A DNA stretch of 64,000 bases, taken from Hylemonella sp. GTDB lineage: Bacteria; Pseudomonadota; Gammaproteobacteria; Burkholderiales; Burkholderiaceae_C. Below the pieces are notes generated by a model. That model did no database searches. It saw only the letters and a list, made by a program, of their open reading frames with translations, and was not told the origin of the DNA. The stretch covers positions 36,019-100,018 of the forward strand of contig JAULXO010000004.1 of the NCBI GenBank assembly GCA_032118555.1, read 5' to 3'. Below are positions 48,092 through 56,339 of this stretch, piece by piece. The translations under genes and the position numbers were made by a program. Each line of letters begins with the position of its first letter. The stretch's first letter is position 1.

Positions 48092-48931
48092 ATGCGATTG
48101 CGGATATGGATGGCAGCCGCCTTGGCCACGCTGGCGGCAGGGTCTTGGGCCCAGGCCCAGGACCGGTCCTGCGCGGAGTTCTACGCGCGGCTGCCCAATG
48201 TGAGCTGGGCGCTGTGCCAAGGCGCCCAGTTGCAGACCAGCGAGGGGCGCAGCGTGCGCGGGCGGCCGATCTACGTGCGCGATGTGCAGCCCGCCATGGC
48301 GCGGCTGCGCGTGCTGGTGATCGGCGGCATGCATGGTGATGAGCTGTCCTCGGCCGCGGTGGCGCTGCATTGGATCCGGCTGGCGCAGAACACGGCGGAG
48401 CCGATCCACTGGCGCTTCATTCCTGCGCTCAACCCGGACGGCCTGTTCGACAAACCGGCCAGCCGCGTCAACGCCAACGGCGTCGACCTCAACCGCAACT
48501 TCCCGACCCCCAACTGGGAGCACGATGCCAGTTATTACTGGGAGAAGCGTACTCGCAAGGACCCGCGCCGCTGGCCGGGCCGCACGCCGCTGAGCGAGCC
48601 CGAGACGCAGTTCCTGCACGATGAGATGCAGCGCTTCAAGCCCCATCTCATTGTCAGCATCCATGCGCCCTACGGCGTGCTGGACTTTGACGGCCCGGCC
48701 ACGCCGCCTCGGCGCCTGGGGCGCCTGTATCTGGACCAGCTCGGCGTCTTTCCCGGCTCGCTCGGCAACTACGGCGGCGTGCACAAGGGCATGCCGGTGG
48801 TCACGATCGAGCTGCCACACGCCTCGCTCACGCCGCGCAATGTGGAGATCCAGCGCATGTGGCAGGACCTGCAGCAATGGATGGGCGCGACGATCGCCCG
48901 GCGTGAGGACGCCGAGGCCGTGCGACGCTGA
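48092..48931 (+). CDS. M14 zinc carboxypeptidase (murein peptide amidase MpaA-like)
   Basis: GRSVRGRPI, GGMHGDE, NPDG, NANGVDLNRNF, SEPE, SIH, IEL. Confidence 0.88.
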   Translation: MRLRIWMAAALATLAAGSWAQAQDRSCAEFYARLPNVSWALCQGAQLQTSEGRSVRGRPIYVRDVQPAMARLRVLVIGGMHGDELSSAAVALHWIRLAQNTAEPIHWRFIPALNPDGLFDKPASRVNANGVDLNRNFPTPNWEHDASYYWEKRTRKDPRRWPGRTPLSEPETQFLHDEMQRFKPHLIVSIHAPYGVLDFDGPATPPRRLGRLYLDQLGVFPGSLGNYGGVHKGMPVVTIELPHASLTPRNVEIQRMWQDLQQWMGATIARREDAEAVRR

Positions 48932-48962
48932 TACCCGCGGCACCTGCCGTAGAAGGTGACCC

Positions 48963-49733
48963 ATGCTCGAACAGAAAAACTTCCGCAAGATCGGCTGCGC
49001 CGAATGTGCCGCCGGCGCCGGCCTCGGCTTCGACTTTTCGATGGCGTTCCAGCCCATCGTGAATGTGCGCACGCGCCAGGTCTTTGCGCAGGAAGCGCTG
49101 GCGCGCGGCCCGCAGGGCGAGCCGGCCGGCCATGTGTTCAAGCAGGTGAACGAGGACAACCGCTATGCCTTCGACCAGGCGTGCCGGGTCAAGGCGATCC
49201 AGCTGGCGACCGAACTCCAGGTCGACTCCTACATCAGCATCAACTTCATGCCCAACGCGGTCTACCGGCCGGAGCTGTGCATCCGCACCACCATCGAGGC
49301 GGCGGAAACCTACCGCTACCCGATCGAGCGCATCGTGTTCGAATTCACGGAGAACGAGTACATCACCGACATCGGCCACGTGCGCGACATCGTGCGCCAC
49401 TACAAGGAGCGCGGTTTCCTGACCGCGCTGGACGACTTCGGCGCCGGCTACGCCGGACTCAATCTGCTGGCCGAGATCCAGACCGACCTGATCAAGCTGG
49501 ACATGGCGCTGGTGCGCGGCATCGCCCAGGACCGGCGCCGTCAGACCATCGTCAAGGGCGTGATGGCCATGTGCCAGGGTCTGTCAACGCAGGTGATTGC
49601 CGAGGGCGTGGAGACGCGGGAAGAACTGGTTGCCCTGCAGGACCTCGGCATCGAGCTGTTCCAGGGCTACTACCTCGCCAGGCCGGCCTTCCGGGCGCTG
49701 GCGAATGTGTCGCCCGCCGTCTGGGGCGGCTGA
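48963..49733 (+). CDS. Stand-alone EAL-domain phosphodiesterase
   Basis: FQPIV, EAL, SINF, DDFGAGY, IKLD, AEGVE, QGY. Confidence 0.93.
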   Translation: MLEQKNFRKIGCAECAAGAGLGFDFSMAFQPIVNVRTRQVFAQEALARGPQGEPAGHVFKQVNEDNRYAFDQACRVKAIQLATELQVDSYISINFMPNAVYRPELCIRTTIEAAETYRYPIERIVFEFTENEYITDIGHVRDIVRHYKERGFLTALDDFGAGYAGLNLLAEIQTDLIKLDMALVRGIAQDRRRQTIVKGVMAMCQGLSTQVIAEGVETREELVALQDLGIELFQGYYLARPAFRALANVSPAVWGG

Positions 49734-49751
49734 CGACACGGCGGGCGGCTT

Positions 49752-50174
49752 TCAGCGCACCAGCAGCACAGGCACGCTGCAGTGCGCCAGCACCTGGGTG
49801 GCCACCGAGCCCATGACCAGGTTGCCCAGGGCGCTGTGACCATGCGAGCCCATCACCAGCAGATCGAACTTGCCGGACTCGGCCATCTTGGCGATGTTCT
49901 CGCCGGCATGGCCGACCTTCCACACGCTCTTGGGGTCGATGCCGTGGCGTACGAGGAACTTGGACACCGGGCCCAGCACCTTCTCGGCTTCCTCGGAGTA
50001 GTACTTGTCCACCACCTCCTTGCCGACGGCGGCACGCGCACGCGGGGGCAGAGCAGGCTGCACGGTGAAGATGGTGTACTGGTTGGCGGCGGTGAACAAC
50101 TCGTCGTGGGTTGTCAGGTAGGCCAGCATGCGTTTGGTGTACTCGCTGCCGTCAACGGCCAGTAGGATTTTCAT
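49752..50174 (-). CDS. Universal stress protein
   Basis: MKILLAVDGSE, DLLVMGSHG, GSVATQVL...VPVLLVR. Confidence 0.95.
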   Translation of the reverse strand: MKILLAVDGSEYTKRMLAYLTTHDELFTAANQYTIFTVQPALPPRARAAVGKEVVDKYYSEEAEKVLGPVSKFLVRHGIDPKSVWKVGHAGENIAKMAESGKFDLLVMGSHGHSALGNLVMGSVATQVLAHCSVPVLLVR

Positions 50175-50205
50175 GGTCGGCTCCTCAGTTTCACAAAGTG
50201 GTAGT

Positions 50206-51114
50206 TTAGCCAGCAGCGGCATGGGCTCCTTGACGGGTGTCAAAAGTCCCAAGGCCTGATCCGGACAACGTCAGCACGCAGGCCGGATGGAATTGTGCCT
50301 GCTCGCCCTTGCGTGCATAGCCCAGCGGATTGGCGACCACGCGGCAGCCGCCCTGAACATAGTCGCTCGGGCTGTGCAGATGACCGTGCAGCCACAGCCG
50401 CGCGTGCGGCAGCAGCTCGTCGAGCGCATTGCAAAAGCCCGCGGTGCCGGGTACCAAGCCGTAGCGTGGATCGGCGCTGTGCAGGCTGGGGGCGAAATGG
50501 GTGATGACGATGGTCTCGCCGTCGAAGGGCTGCGCCAGCGTCTCGCGCAGCCAGGCCTGGCACACCAGCGCCTGTTCGCGCCACTGCTCGGCCAGCATGG
50601 GCTGGCCGTCGCGCGTGGTGCCGGTCTTGCGCAGGTAGAAATTGGCGGCGCGAAACGCCTTGTCGCGTGCCTGCAGCAGTTCGGTGAGCGTACCGGTGCC
50701 CTGGGCCGCCGGGTTCAGGGCGTCGAAGTCGCTCCACAGCGTCGTGCCGACGAAGCGCACGGCGGGTGCGTCGCGGCCGAGCAGTTCGGTGGCCGTGACG
50801 ACTGCACGTTCCAGAAACACGATGCCCAGCCGGGCGCAGGCCTCCTGCAGTCGCTCGTGGGCGCGGTCAAAGTCCTGTGCGTCGTATTCATGGTTGCCCG
50901 GCACGAACAGCACGGGTGTCGGCCAGCCTTGGCGGGGAGAGAAGCGTCGCAAGCCGAAATCGGGCTCGTTCAGCAGCGAGCCGCTCTGGTAGGACCCGAT
51001 GTCGCCGGCCAGCACCAGCAGGTCGGCGCCGGCGGCCGGCTCGGCGACGAAGCCGGGATCGGCTTCCAGGTGCAGGTCGGACAGGAGTTGCAGCTTCACG
51101 CCGTCATTGTCCAT
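50206..51114 (-). CDS. Calcineurin-like metallophosphoesterase
   Basis: SDLH, AGD, PGNHE, THF, HGHLH. Confidence 0.92.
   Translation of the reverse strand: MDNDGVKLQLLSDLHLEADPGFVAEPAAGADLLVLAGDIGSYQSGSLLNEPDFGLRRFSPRQGWPTPVLFVPGNHEYDAQDFDRAHERLQEACARLGIVFLERAVVTATELLGRDAPAVRFVGTTLWSDFDALNPAAQGTGTLTELLQARDKAFRAANFYLRKTGTTRDGQPMLAEQWREQALVCQAWLRETLAQPFDGETIVITHFAPSLHSADPRYGLVPGTAGFCNALDELLPHARLWLHGHLHSPSDYVQGGCRVVANPLGYARKGEQAQFHPACVLTLSGSGLGTFDTRQGAHAAAG
50230..50243. promoter_or_regulatory. Candidate FNR/Anr box TTGAC-N4-GTCAA upstream of usp
   Basis: Perfect arms; TAAACT -10 on the minus strand at 50204-50209 gives class II-like spacing. Confidence 0.6.
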
Positions 51115-52093
51115 GACGCTGGCTGCGCGGCGCCGGCGGCTGGGCGCGCGCCCGGCTCGGAATCTGCGCAATGACCCCGCGCAGCCACTGGTGGGCGCTG
51201 TGGTGATGCACGCGCCGGTGCCACAGCGCATCCACATGCACCGCCGGCACGTCGAACGGCAGCTCGCGCAACACCAGCTGGTCGGCGATGCCGGTCACGC
51301 TGACGAAGTGGCGCGGCAGCACCGTGAGCAGATCCGAGGTGGCGACCACCCGCCCGGCGGTAAAGAACTGGTTGACCGTCAGCACGATGTGGCGCTGCCG
51401 GCCGAGCGCCGCCAGCGCCTCGTCGATGAAGCCATAAGGCCGGCCGGAAAAGCTCACCAGCAGATGGCGTGCGCTGCAGTAGCGTTCCAGCGTCAGCTCC
51501 TCCTGCGCCAGCGGGTGGTCGCGCCGCATCACGCAGACATAGTCGCTGTAGTAGAGGCGTTGGTGGTGAAACGGCACGGCCTCGCCGGCCTGGGCCTGGG
51601 CGGTCAGCCCGGCCAGCACGGCGGGAAAGTAGCCCACGGCCAGGTCGGCCGATTCCTGCTCCAGCAGGCGGCGTGGGTCGCGCGTGGTCAGCGGTACGAC
51701 GCGGATGGTCACGCCCGGGGCGTCGCGGTCCATCACCTTGACCAAGCCGGGGATGATCTCGGCCGCTGTGGCATCGGCCATGGCCAGCACGAAGGTGGTG
51801 CTGGCCTCGGCGGGCACGAAACTGCTGGGGGCGAACGACTCCTGCAGCTGACGCAATGCCTCCTGCACGGTCGGCCACAGGGCGAGGGCGCGTGGCGTTG
51901 GTTCCAGGCCCTGGCCGGTGCGGCGCAGCAGCTCGTCGTCCAGTGCCATGCGCAGACGCCGCAGCGCATTGCTGACCGCCGGCTGTGTGAGCGACAACTT
52001 ACTCGCCGCGCGGGTCAGGCTGCGTTCGGTCATCACCTCGTTGAAGACGCGCAGCAGGTTGAGATCCAGGGTGCGGAAATTGAGAGGACTCAT
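51104..52093 (-). CDS. LysR-family regulator (LeuO/NodD-like)
   Basis: LDLNLLRVF...ERSLTRAA..LSLTQPAVSNALRRLR. Confidence 0.94.
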   Translation of the reverse strand: MSPLNFRTLDLNLLRVFNEVMTERSLTRAASKLSLTQPAVSNALRRLRMALDDELLRRTGQGLEPTPRALALWPTVQEALRQLQESFAPSSFVPAEASTTFVLAMADATAAEIIPGLVKVMDRDAPGVTIRVVPLTTRDPRRLLEQESADLAVGYFPAVLAGLTAQAQAGEAVPFHHQRLYYSDYVCVMRRDHPLAQEELTLERYCSARHLLVSFSGRPYGFIDEALAALGRQRHIVLTVNQFFTAGRVVATSDLLTVLPRHFVSVTGIADQLVLRELPFDVPAVHVDALWHRRVHHHSAHQWLRGVIAQIPSRARAQPPAPRSQRHGQ

Positions 52094-52215
52094 GGTCAGA
52101 AGCCTAGTACATCACCAATGTGAATATTGTGCATCACAACAATAAAGTTGAATCACATTGGAGTAAACCCTAATATCACGCCATCGAACAAGTTTTCGCT
52201 CCGTTGGAGAACACC

Positions 52216-52635
52216 ATGACCAGCTTTGTACACATTGATTACCCGACCCGCCACCCCGGCGTTGAGCGTTTTGAGAACGCGCTGAACCGTGCCGGCGAGG
52301 TGCGCAAGAACTTCAACGGCACCAAGGCCTTGGCGGCCATGTTGCTGGCGGCCATGGTGGCTGCGTTGGTGGTGGTGGCCGATCAACTGATCGACACCTG
52401 GGCCGAGGGCCATCTGCTGGCCGGTTGGGTCGTGTTGTGGGTGGTGGGTTTTGCCGCCATCGCGCTGCTGGCCGATGGCGCCCGCCGCATCGCCAGCCGC
52501 GCCATGAAGGCGCTGGACGCTTGGTCGCTTAGCGTGGCTCGCCGCCGTGCCGACGCGCGCCTGTGGGAACTGGCCCGCAAGGATGAGCGCGTGATGGCCG
52601 ACCTGCAAGCTGCCCGTACCCGCCAGGAAGGCTGA
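52216..52635 (+). CDS. Hypothetical membrane protein (2 TM)
   Basis: RBS GGAG, two hydrophobic segments, followed by a terminator, divergent from LysR. Confidence 0.8.
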   Translation: MTSFVHIDYPTRHPGVERFENALNRAGEVRKNFNGTKALAAMLLAAMVAALVVVADQLIDTWAEGHLLAGWVVLWVVGFAAIALLADGARRIASRAMKALDAWSLSVARRRADARLWELARKDERVMADLQAARTRQEG

Positions 52636-52657
52636 AGCTTTACTACCAAGCTGTCAC

Positions 52658-52689
52658 AAAAAAAGCCACCGCAATGCGGTGGCTTTTTT
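52658..52689. terminator. Bidirectional intrinsic terminator
   Basis: A7-GCCACCGC-AAT-GCGGTGGC-T6. Confidence 0.9.
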
Positions 52690-52756
52690 ATTTGCGTTAC
52701 CGACCTGATGGCTGGTCGGAATCACAACCTGCGCGGCAGGTTGCGAGTGGCCGCGT

Positions 52757-54631
52757 TCAGGCGCTCAGCAGTTTTTCGATACGCTGGCGGGTGTCACGCA
52801 GCGCCTTGGGCAGTCGGGCGTCGATCTGCTCGAACAGCACGTCGTGCAGTTTGAGCTCGTCCAGCCACTGTTGCTTGTCGATGCTGGTCACAGCATGGAA
52901 CTGCTCGGGCGTGAAGTCCAGGCCTTTCCAGTTGATCTCTTCGTAAGTGGGGCTCAGGCCGTAGAAGTGCTCCTTGCCCTTGGCCTCGTCCTCGATGCGG
53001 TCGATCATCCACTTCAGTACGCGCATGTTCTCGCCATAACCGGGCCAGACGAACTTGCCGTCTTCGCCCTTGCGAAACCAGTTGGTGGTGAAGATGGCCG
53101 GCAGGCGGCCGCCTTGGGCTGCCACCTTTTCGCCCAGATTGAGCCAGTGCGCGAAGTAGTCGCCCATGTGGTAGCCGGTGAAGGGCAGCATGGCAAACGG
53201 GTCACGGCGCACCACGCCCTGCTGGCCGATGATGGCAGCCGTGGTCTCCGAGCCCATGGTGGCGGCCATGTAGACGCCTTCCACCCAGTTGCGGGCTTCG
53301 GTCACCAGCGGCACGGTGTTGGAGCGGCGGCCGCCGAAGATGAAGGCGTCGATCGGTACGCCCTTGGGGTTGTCCCACTCGGGATCGAGGGCCGGGTTGT
53401 TGGTGGCAGCCACGGTGAAGCGGGCGTTCGGGTGGGCCGCCTTGGCGCCGGTCTCCTTGGCGATCTGCGGCGTCCAGTCCTTGCCCTGCCAGTCGATGGC
53501 GTGGGCCGGAGCGTCGCCCATGCCTTCCCACCAGACGTCGCCGTCGTCGGTCAGCGCGACGTTGGTGTAGATTACGTCGCGGTCCAGGCTGGCCATGCAG
53601 TTCGGGTTGGTCAGCGTGTTGGTGCCGGGAGCGACGCCAAAGTAGCCAGCTTCCGGGTTGATCGCGTACATGCGGCCGTCCTTGCCGGGCTTGACCCAGG
53701 CGATGTCGTCACCGATGGTCGTGACCTTCCAGCCCTCGAAGCCCTTGGGCGGCACCAGCATGGCGAAGTTGGTCTTGCCGCAGGCACTGGGGAAGGCGGC
53801 GGCCACATGGTACTTCTTGCCTTGCGGCGTGGTCACGCCCAGGATCAGCATGTGCTCGGCCAGCCAGCCCTGGTCGCGGCCCATGTTGGAGGCGATGCGC
53901 AGGGCAAAGCACTTCTTGCCCAGCAGGGCGTTGCCGCCATAGCCGGAGCCGTAGGACCAGATCTCGCGCGTTTCCGGGTAGTGCACGATGTACTTGGTCT
54001 GGTTGCAGGGCCAGCTGCTGTCCTGCTGGCCGGGCTGCAGCGGCGCGCCCACGGTGTGCATGGCGGGCACGAACTCGCCATCGGTGCCCAGCACGTCATA
54101 GACAGCCTTGCCCATGCGGGTCATGAGCTTCATGTTGACGGCCACGTAGGGGCTGTCGGACAGTTCCACGCCGATGTGCGCGATGTCGCTGCCCAGCGGG
54201 CCCATGGAGAAAGGCACCACGTACATGGTGCGGCCTTTCATGCAGCCGTTGAACAGGGCAGGCTTGCCGTCGGCCGTGCCGTACTGCAGCAGGGCGCGCA
54301 TCTCGGTCGGCTCGACCCAGTTGTTGGTCGGGCCGGCGTCTTCCTTGCGGGTCGAGCAGATGAAGGTGCGGTCTTCCACGCGCGCCACGTCGCTGGCGTC
54401 CGAGCGGCACAGGTAGCTGTTCGGGCGCTTGGCTTCGTTGAGCTTGATGAAGGTGCCGGCCTTCACCAGCTGGTCGCACAGGCGCTGGTACTCCTCGTCG
54501 CTGCCGTCGCACCAGTAGATGGCGTCGGGCTTGCACAGGGCGGCCATGTCGGCGACCCAGGCCAGCAGCTTGGCATGCTTCACATAGGCGGGGGCATTCA
54601 GATGAATGCCCTGCATCACGGGAGAGTTCAT
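52757..54631 (-). CDS. pckG: Phosphoenolpyruvate carboxykinase (GTP)
   Basis: [57 protein letters not shown]. Confidence 0.96.
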   Translation of the reverse strand: MNSPVMQGIHLNAPAYVKHAKLLAWVADMAALCKPDAIYWCDGSDEEYQRLCDQLVKAGTFIKLNEAKRPNSYLCRSDASDVARVEDRTFICSTRKEDAGPTNNWVEPTEMRALLQYGTADGKPALFNGCMKGRTMYVVPFSMGPLGSDIAHIGVELSDSPYVAVNMKLMTRMGKAVYDVLGTDGEFVPAMHTVGAPLQPGQQDSSWPCNQTKYIVHYPETREIWSYGSGYGGNALLGKKCFALRIASNMGRDQGWLAEHMLILGVTTPQGKKYHVAAAFPSACGKTNFAMLVPPKGFEGWKVTTIGDDIAWVKPGKDGRMYAINPEAGYFGVAPGTNTLTNPNCMASLDRDVIYTNVALTDDGDVWWEGMGDAPAHAIDWQGKDWTPQIAKETGAKAAHPNARFTVAATNNPALDPEWDNPKGVPIDAFIFGGRRSNTVPLVTEARNWVEGVYMAATMGSETTAAIIGQQGVVRRDPFAMLPFTGYHMGDYFAHWLNLGEKVAAQGGRLPAIFTTNWFRKGEDGKFVWPGYGENMRVLKWMIDRIEDEAKGKEHFYGLSPTYEEINWKGLDFTPEQFHAVTSIDKQQWLDELKLHDVLFEQIDARLPKALRDTRQRIEKLLSA

Positions 54632-54661
54632 GGGAAAGGCTCCTAGTTGAAAATCTTTTCG

Positions 54662-54740
54662 AAGCCGGCATACCTCCAGACCGGCTTTGAAAAAAGACCG
54701 GCCGCGCCAAGGAGGCGCGCAACCGGTCGGGCTCATTGTA
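54662..54740 (-). promoter_or_regulatory. pckG promoter (-10 TACAAT) and structured leader with a terminator-like hairpin
   Basis: Hairpin 54696-54728 followed by U6, then a second hairpin 54662-54687. Confidence 0.5.
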
Positions 54741-54897
54741 AGAATCTGGGCTCTTGTGACACCATGGTTACAGTCAAAATCCATGCAAAACTTGCATAAC
54801 TTTATGCGGTTGAAAGGCTTGTGCTGTACCGGCCCAAGGGACGGGATGCGGGGTGCTCGGGGGGTGGGCGACATCGGCCTGGACTGGCCAAGGTCCC

Positions 54898-54993
54898 AAA
54901 TAACAACGGGTCGAGAGCGCAGCTCTCAACCCGTGAAGTCAGGCGCCCACGAAGGGCTTGAAGAAGTAAAAGGGTGATCCGTGTTACGGATCA
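54898..54993 (-). ncRNA. Candidate small structured RNA or 3'-UTR element
   Basis: Hairpins 54975-54993 and 54906-54934 (with a U-rich tail) flank a CU-rich stretch. Confidence 0.35.
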
Positions 54994-55043
54994 AGCCGTG
55001 GCGCGCAGGCTGTGAGGGGCCTCTGGCGCGTGGCGGCTGGACT

Positions 55044-55184
55044 TCAGGCCATGAAAACGGCAATGAAGGCCAGCAGGAAGATCATCAGGCCGCCGACGAC
55101 CGGAATCACCACAGGAACGGAGTGCACGAGGCTCTCGATCGGATCGGCGTGATCGGCGTCATGCGAGGGGGTCGGGTGCGACAT
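55044..55184 (-). CDS. Small membrane protein, 46 aa (MSHPTPSHDADHADPIESLVHSVPVVIPVVGGLMIFLLAFIAVFMA)
   Basis: RBS AAGGAG, host-like codon usage, C-terminal TM helix; below the ORF-track cutoff. Confidence 0.78.
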   Translation of the reverse strand: MSHPTPSHDADHADPIESLVHSVPVVIPVVGGLMIFLLAFIAVFMA

Positions 55185-55296
55185 GGGGCTCCTTCTTTCA
55201 AATCAATGGCGTGGACAACGGCGTCGATTTTACATTTTCATGCACACTTGGCCACGGGCCGGGTCTTCCCAGGGGCGGCAAAGGCGTTGATTGCAT

Positions 55297-55737
55297 ATGA
55301 ACTACCTGAAACTTCTCATGCTGACGGCCGGGCTGGCAGGCTGCGCCGCCAGCGGCCCGAACAGTTCGGCAGCCAAGCCGGTGCTGTACCCGAATGCCGC
55401 CTACAACCGCATGGGCGAGACGCGGGCGCAGCACGCGGTGCAGTCCTGCATGGCGCGTGCCGAAGCCGCCGGCCTGACGCCACAGGAACAGGGCAACGCG
55501 GCGGCACGGCGCGCTAGCCAAGGCGCGGCTACGGTGGGCGCGGCGGCGGCGGTCGGCGCCCTGGTGACGGGGCGCGATACCGACGGGGTGATCCGCGCCG
55601 GCGCCACAGGCGCGGCGGTCGGCGGCACGGCGGGCGCGGTCAGCGGCGCCATGCAGGACAAGCCCAGCAGCACCTACCGCCAGTTTGTCCAGCGTTGCCT
55701 GGGTGAACAGGGGCTGGATGTGATCGGCTGGAACTGA
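55297..55737 (+). CDS. Glycine-zipper lipoprotein
   Basis: Lipobox LAGC, GAAVGGTAGAVSG, VQRCL...G.DVIGW. Confidence 0.82.
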   Translation: MNYLKLLMLTAGLAGCAASGPNSSAAKPVLYPNAAYNRMGETRAQHAVQSCMARAEAAGLTPQEQGNAAARRASQGAATVGAAAAVGALVTGRDTDGVIRAGATGAAVGGTAGAVSGAMQDKPSSTYRQFVQRCLGEQGLDVIGWN

Positions 55738-55768
55738 GCCGCCGCTGCGCTATGGCGCCTGGCCCGCA

Positions 55769-56173
55769 CTACAAGAGCGCGTAGGTGGTCGAAGCGCGGC
55801 ACACGCTCTTCCCGTCGGCGGCGCCGGCGATGTCGATCTCGCCGAAGGCCAGCGCCTTGCCCACCCGGACGAGGCGGGCCTGCACCAGGCCATCTTGTGC
55901 TGCCAGCGGCCGCAGGAAGCTGCTGTTCATCTGCACCGTGGTGCAGGGACGGAACGCGCCGAAATAGCGGAACACGGCCAGCGCCACGGCGGTATCGGCC
56001 GCCGCCATCAGGGCCTGCCCGCAGACCATGCCGCCCGTACGCGCCAGATGCTCACCGTGCGGCAGGCGCAGCGTGACGCGCTCAGCTTCGGCAGCCAGCA
56101 CCTCCAGCCTCAGCGCGTGGACCCAGGGGGCGAAATACTCGGCCAGGGCGGCCTGCAACTGCGCAACGTCCAT
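55769..56173 (-). CDS. PaaI-family thioesterase
   Basis: GMVCGQALMAAADT, TTVQMNSSFLRP. Confidence 0.9.
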   Translation of the reverse strand: MDVAQLQAALAEYFAPWVHALRLEVLAAEAERVTLRLPHGEHLARTGGMVCGQALMAAADTAVALAVFRYFGAFRPCTTVQMNSSFLRPLAAQDGLVQARLVRVGKALAFGEIDIAGAADGKSVCRASTTYALL

Positions 56174-56339
56174 CGGTTCTCCTGTGCGGGCCACCGCGGC
56201 CCAGCCGCAAGCCTGACGGAGCCGCCGCGCGCCGTCAACCGGGCATCCGTCTACCGTGTCGCAAGCCGGGATAAGGCTTCCATCGCAGGGCACTCTGCGC
56301 TATCGTGGGCAGCGCAGACATCCGTGCTGGAGGCATTGC

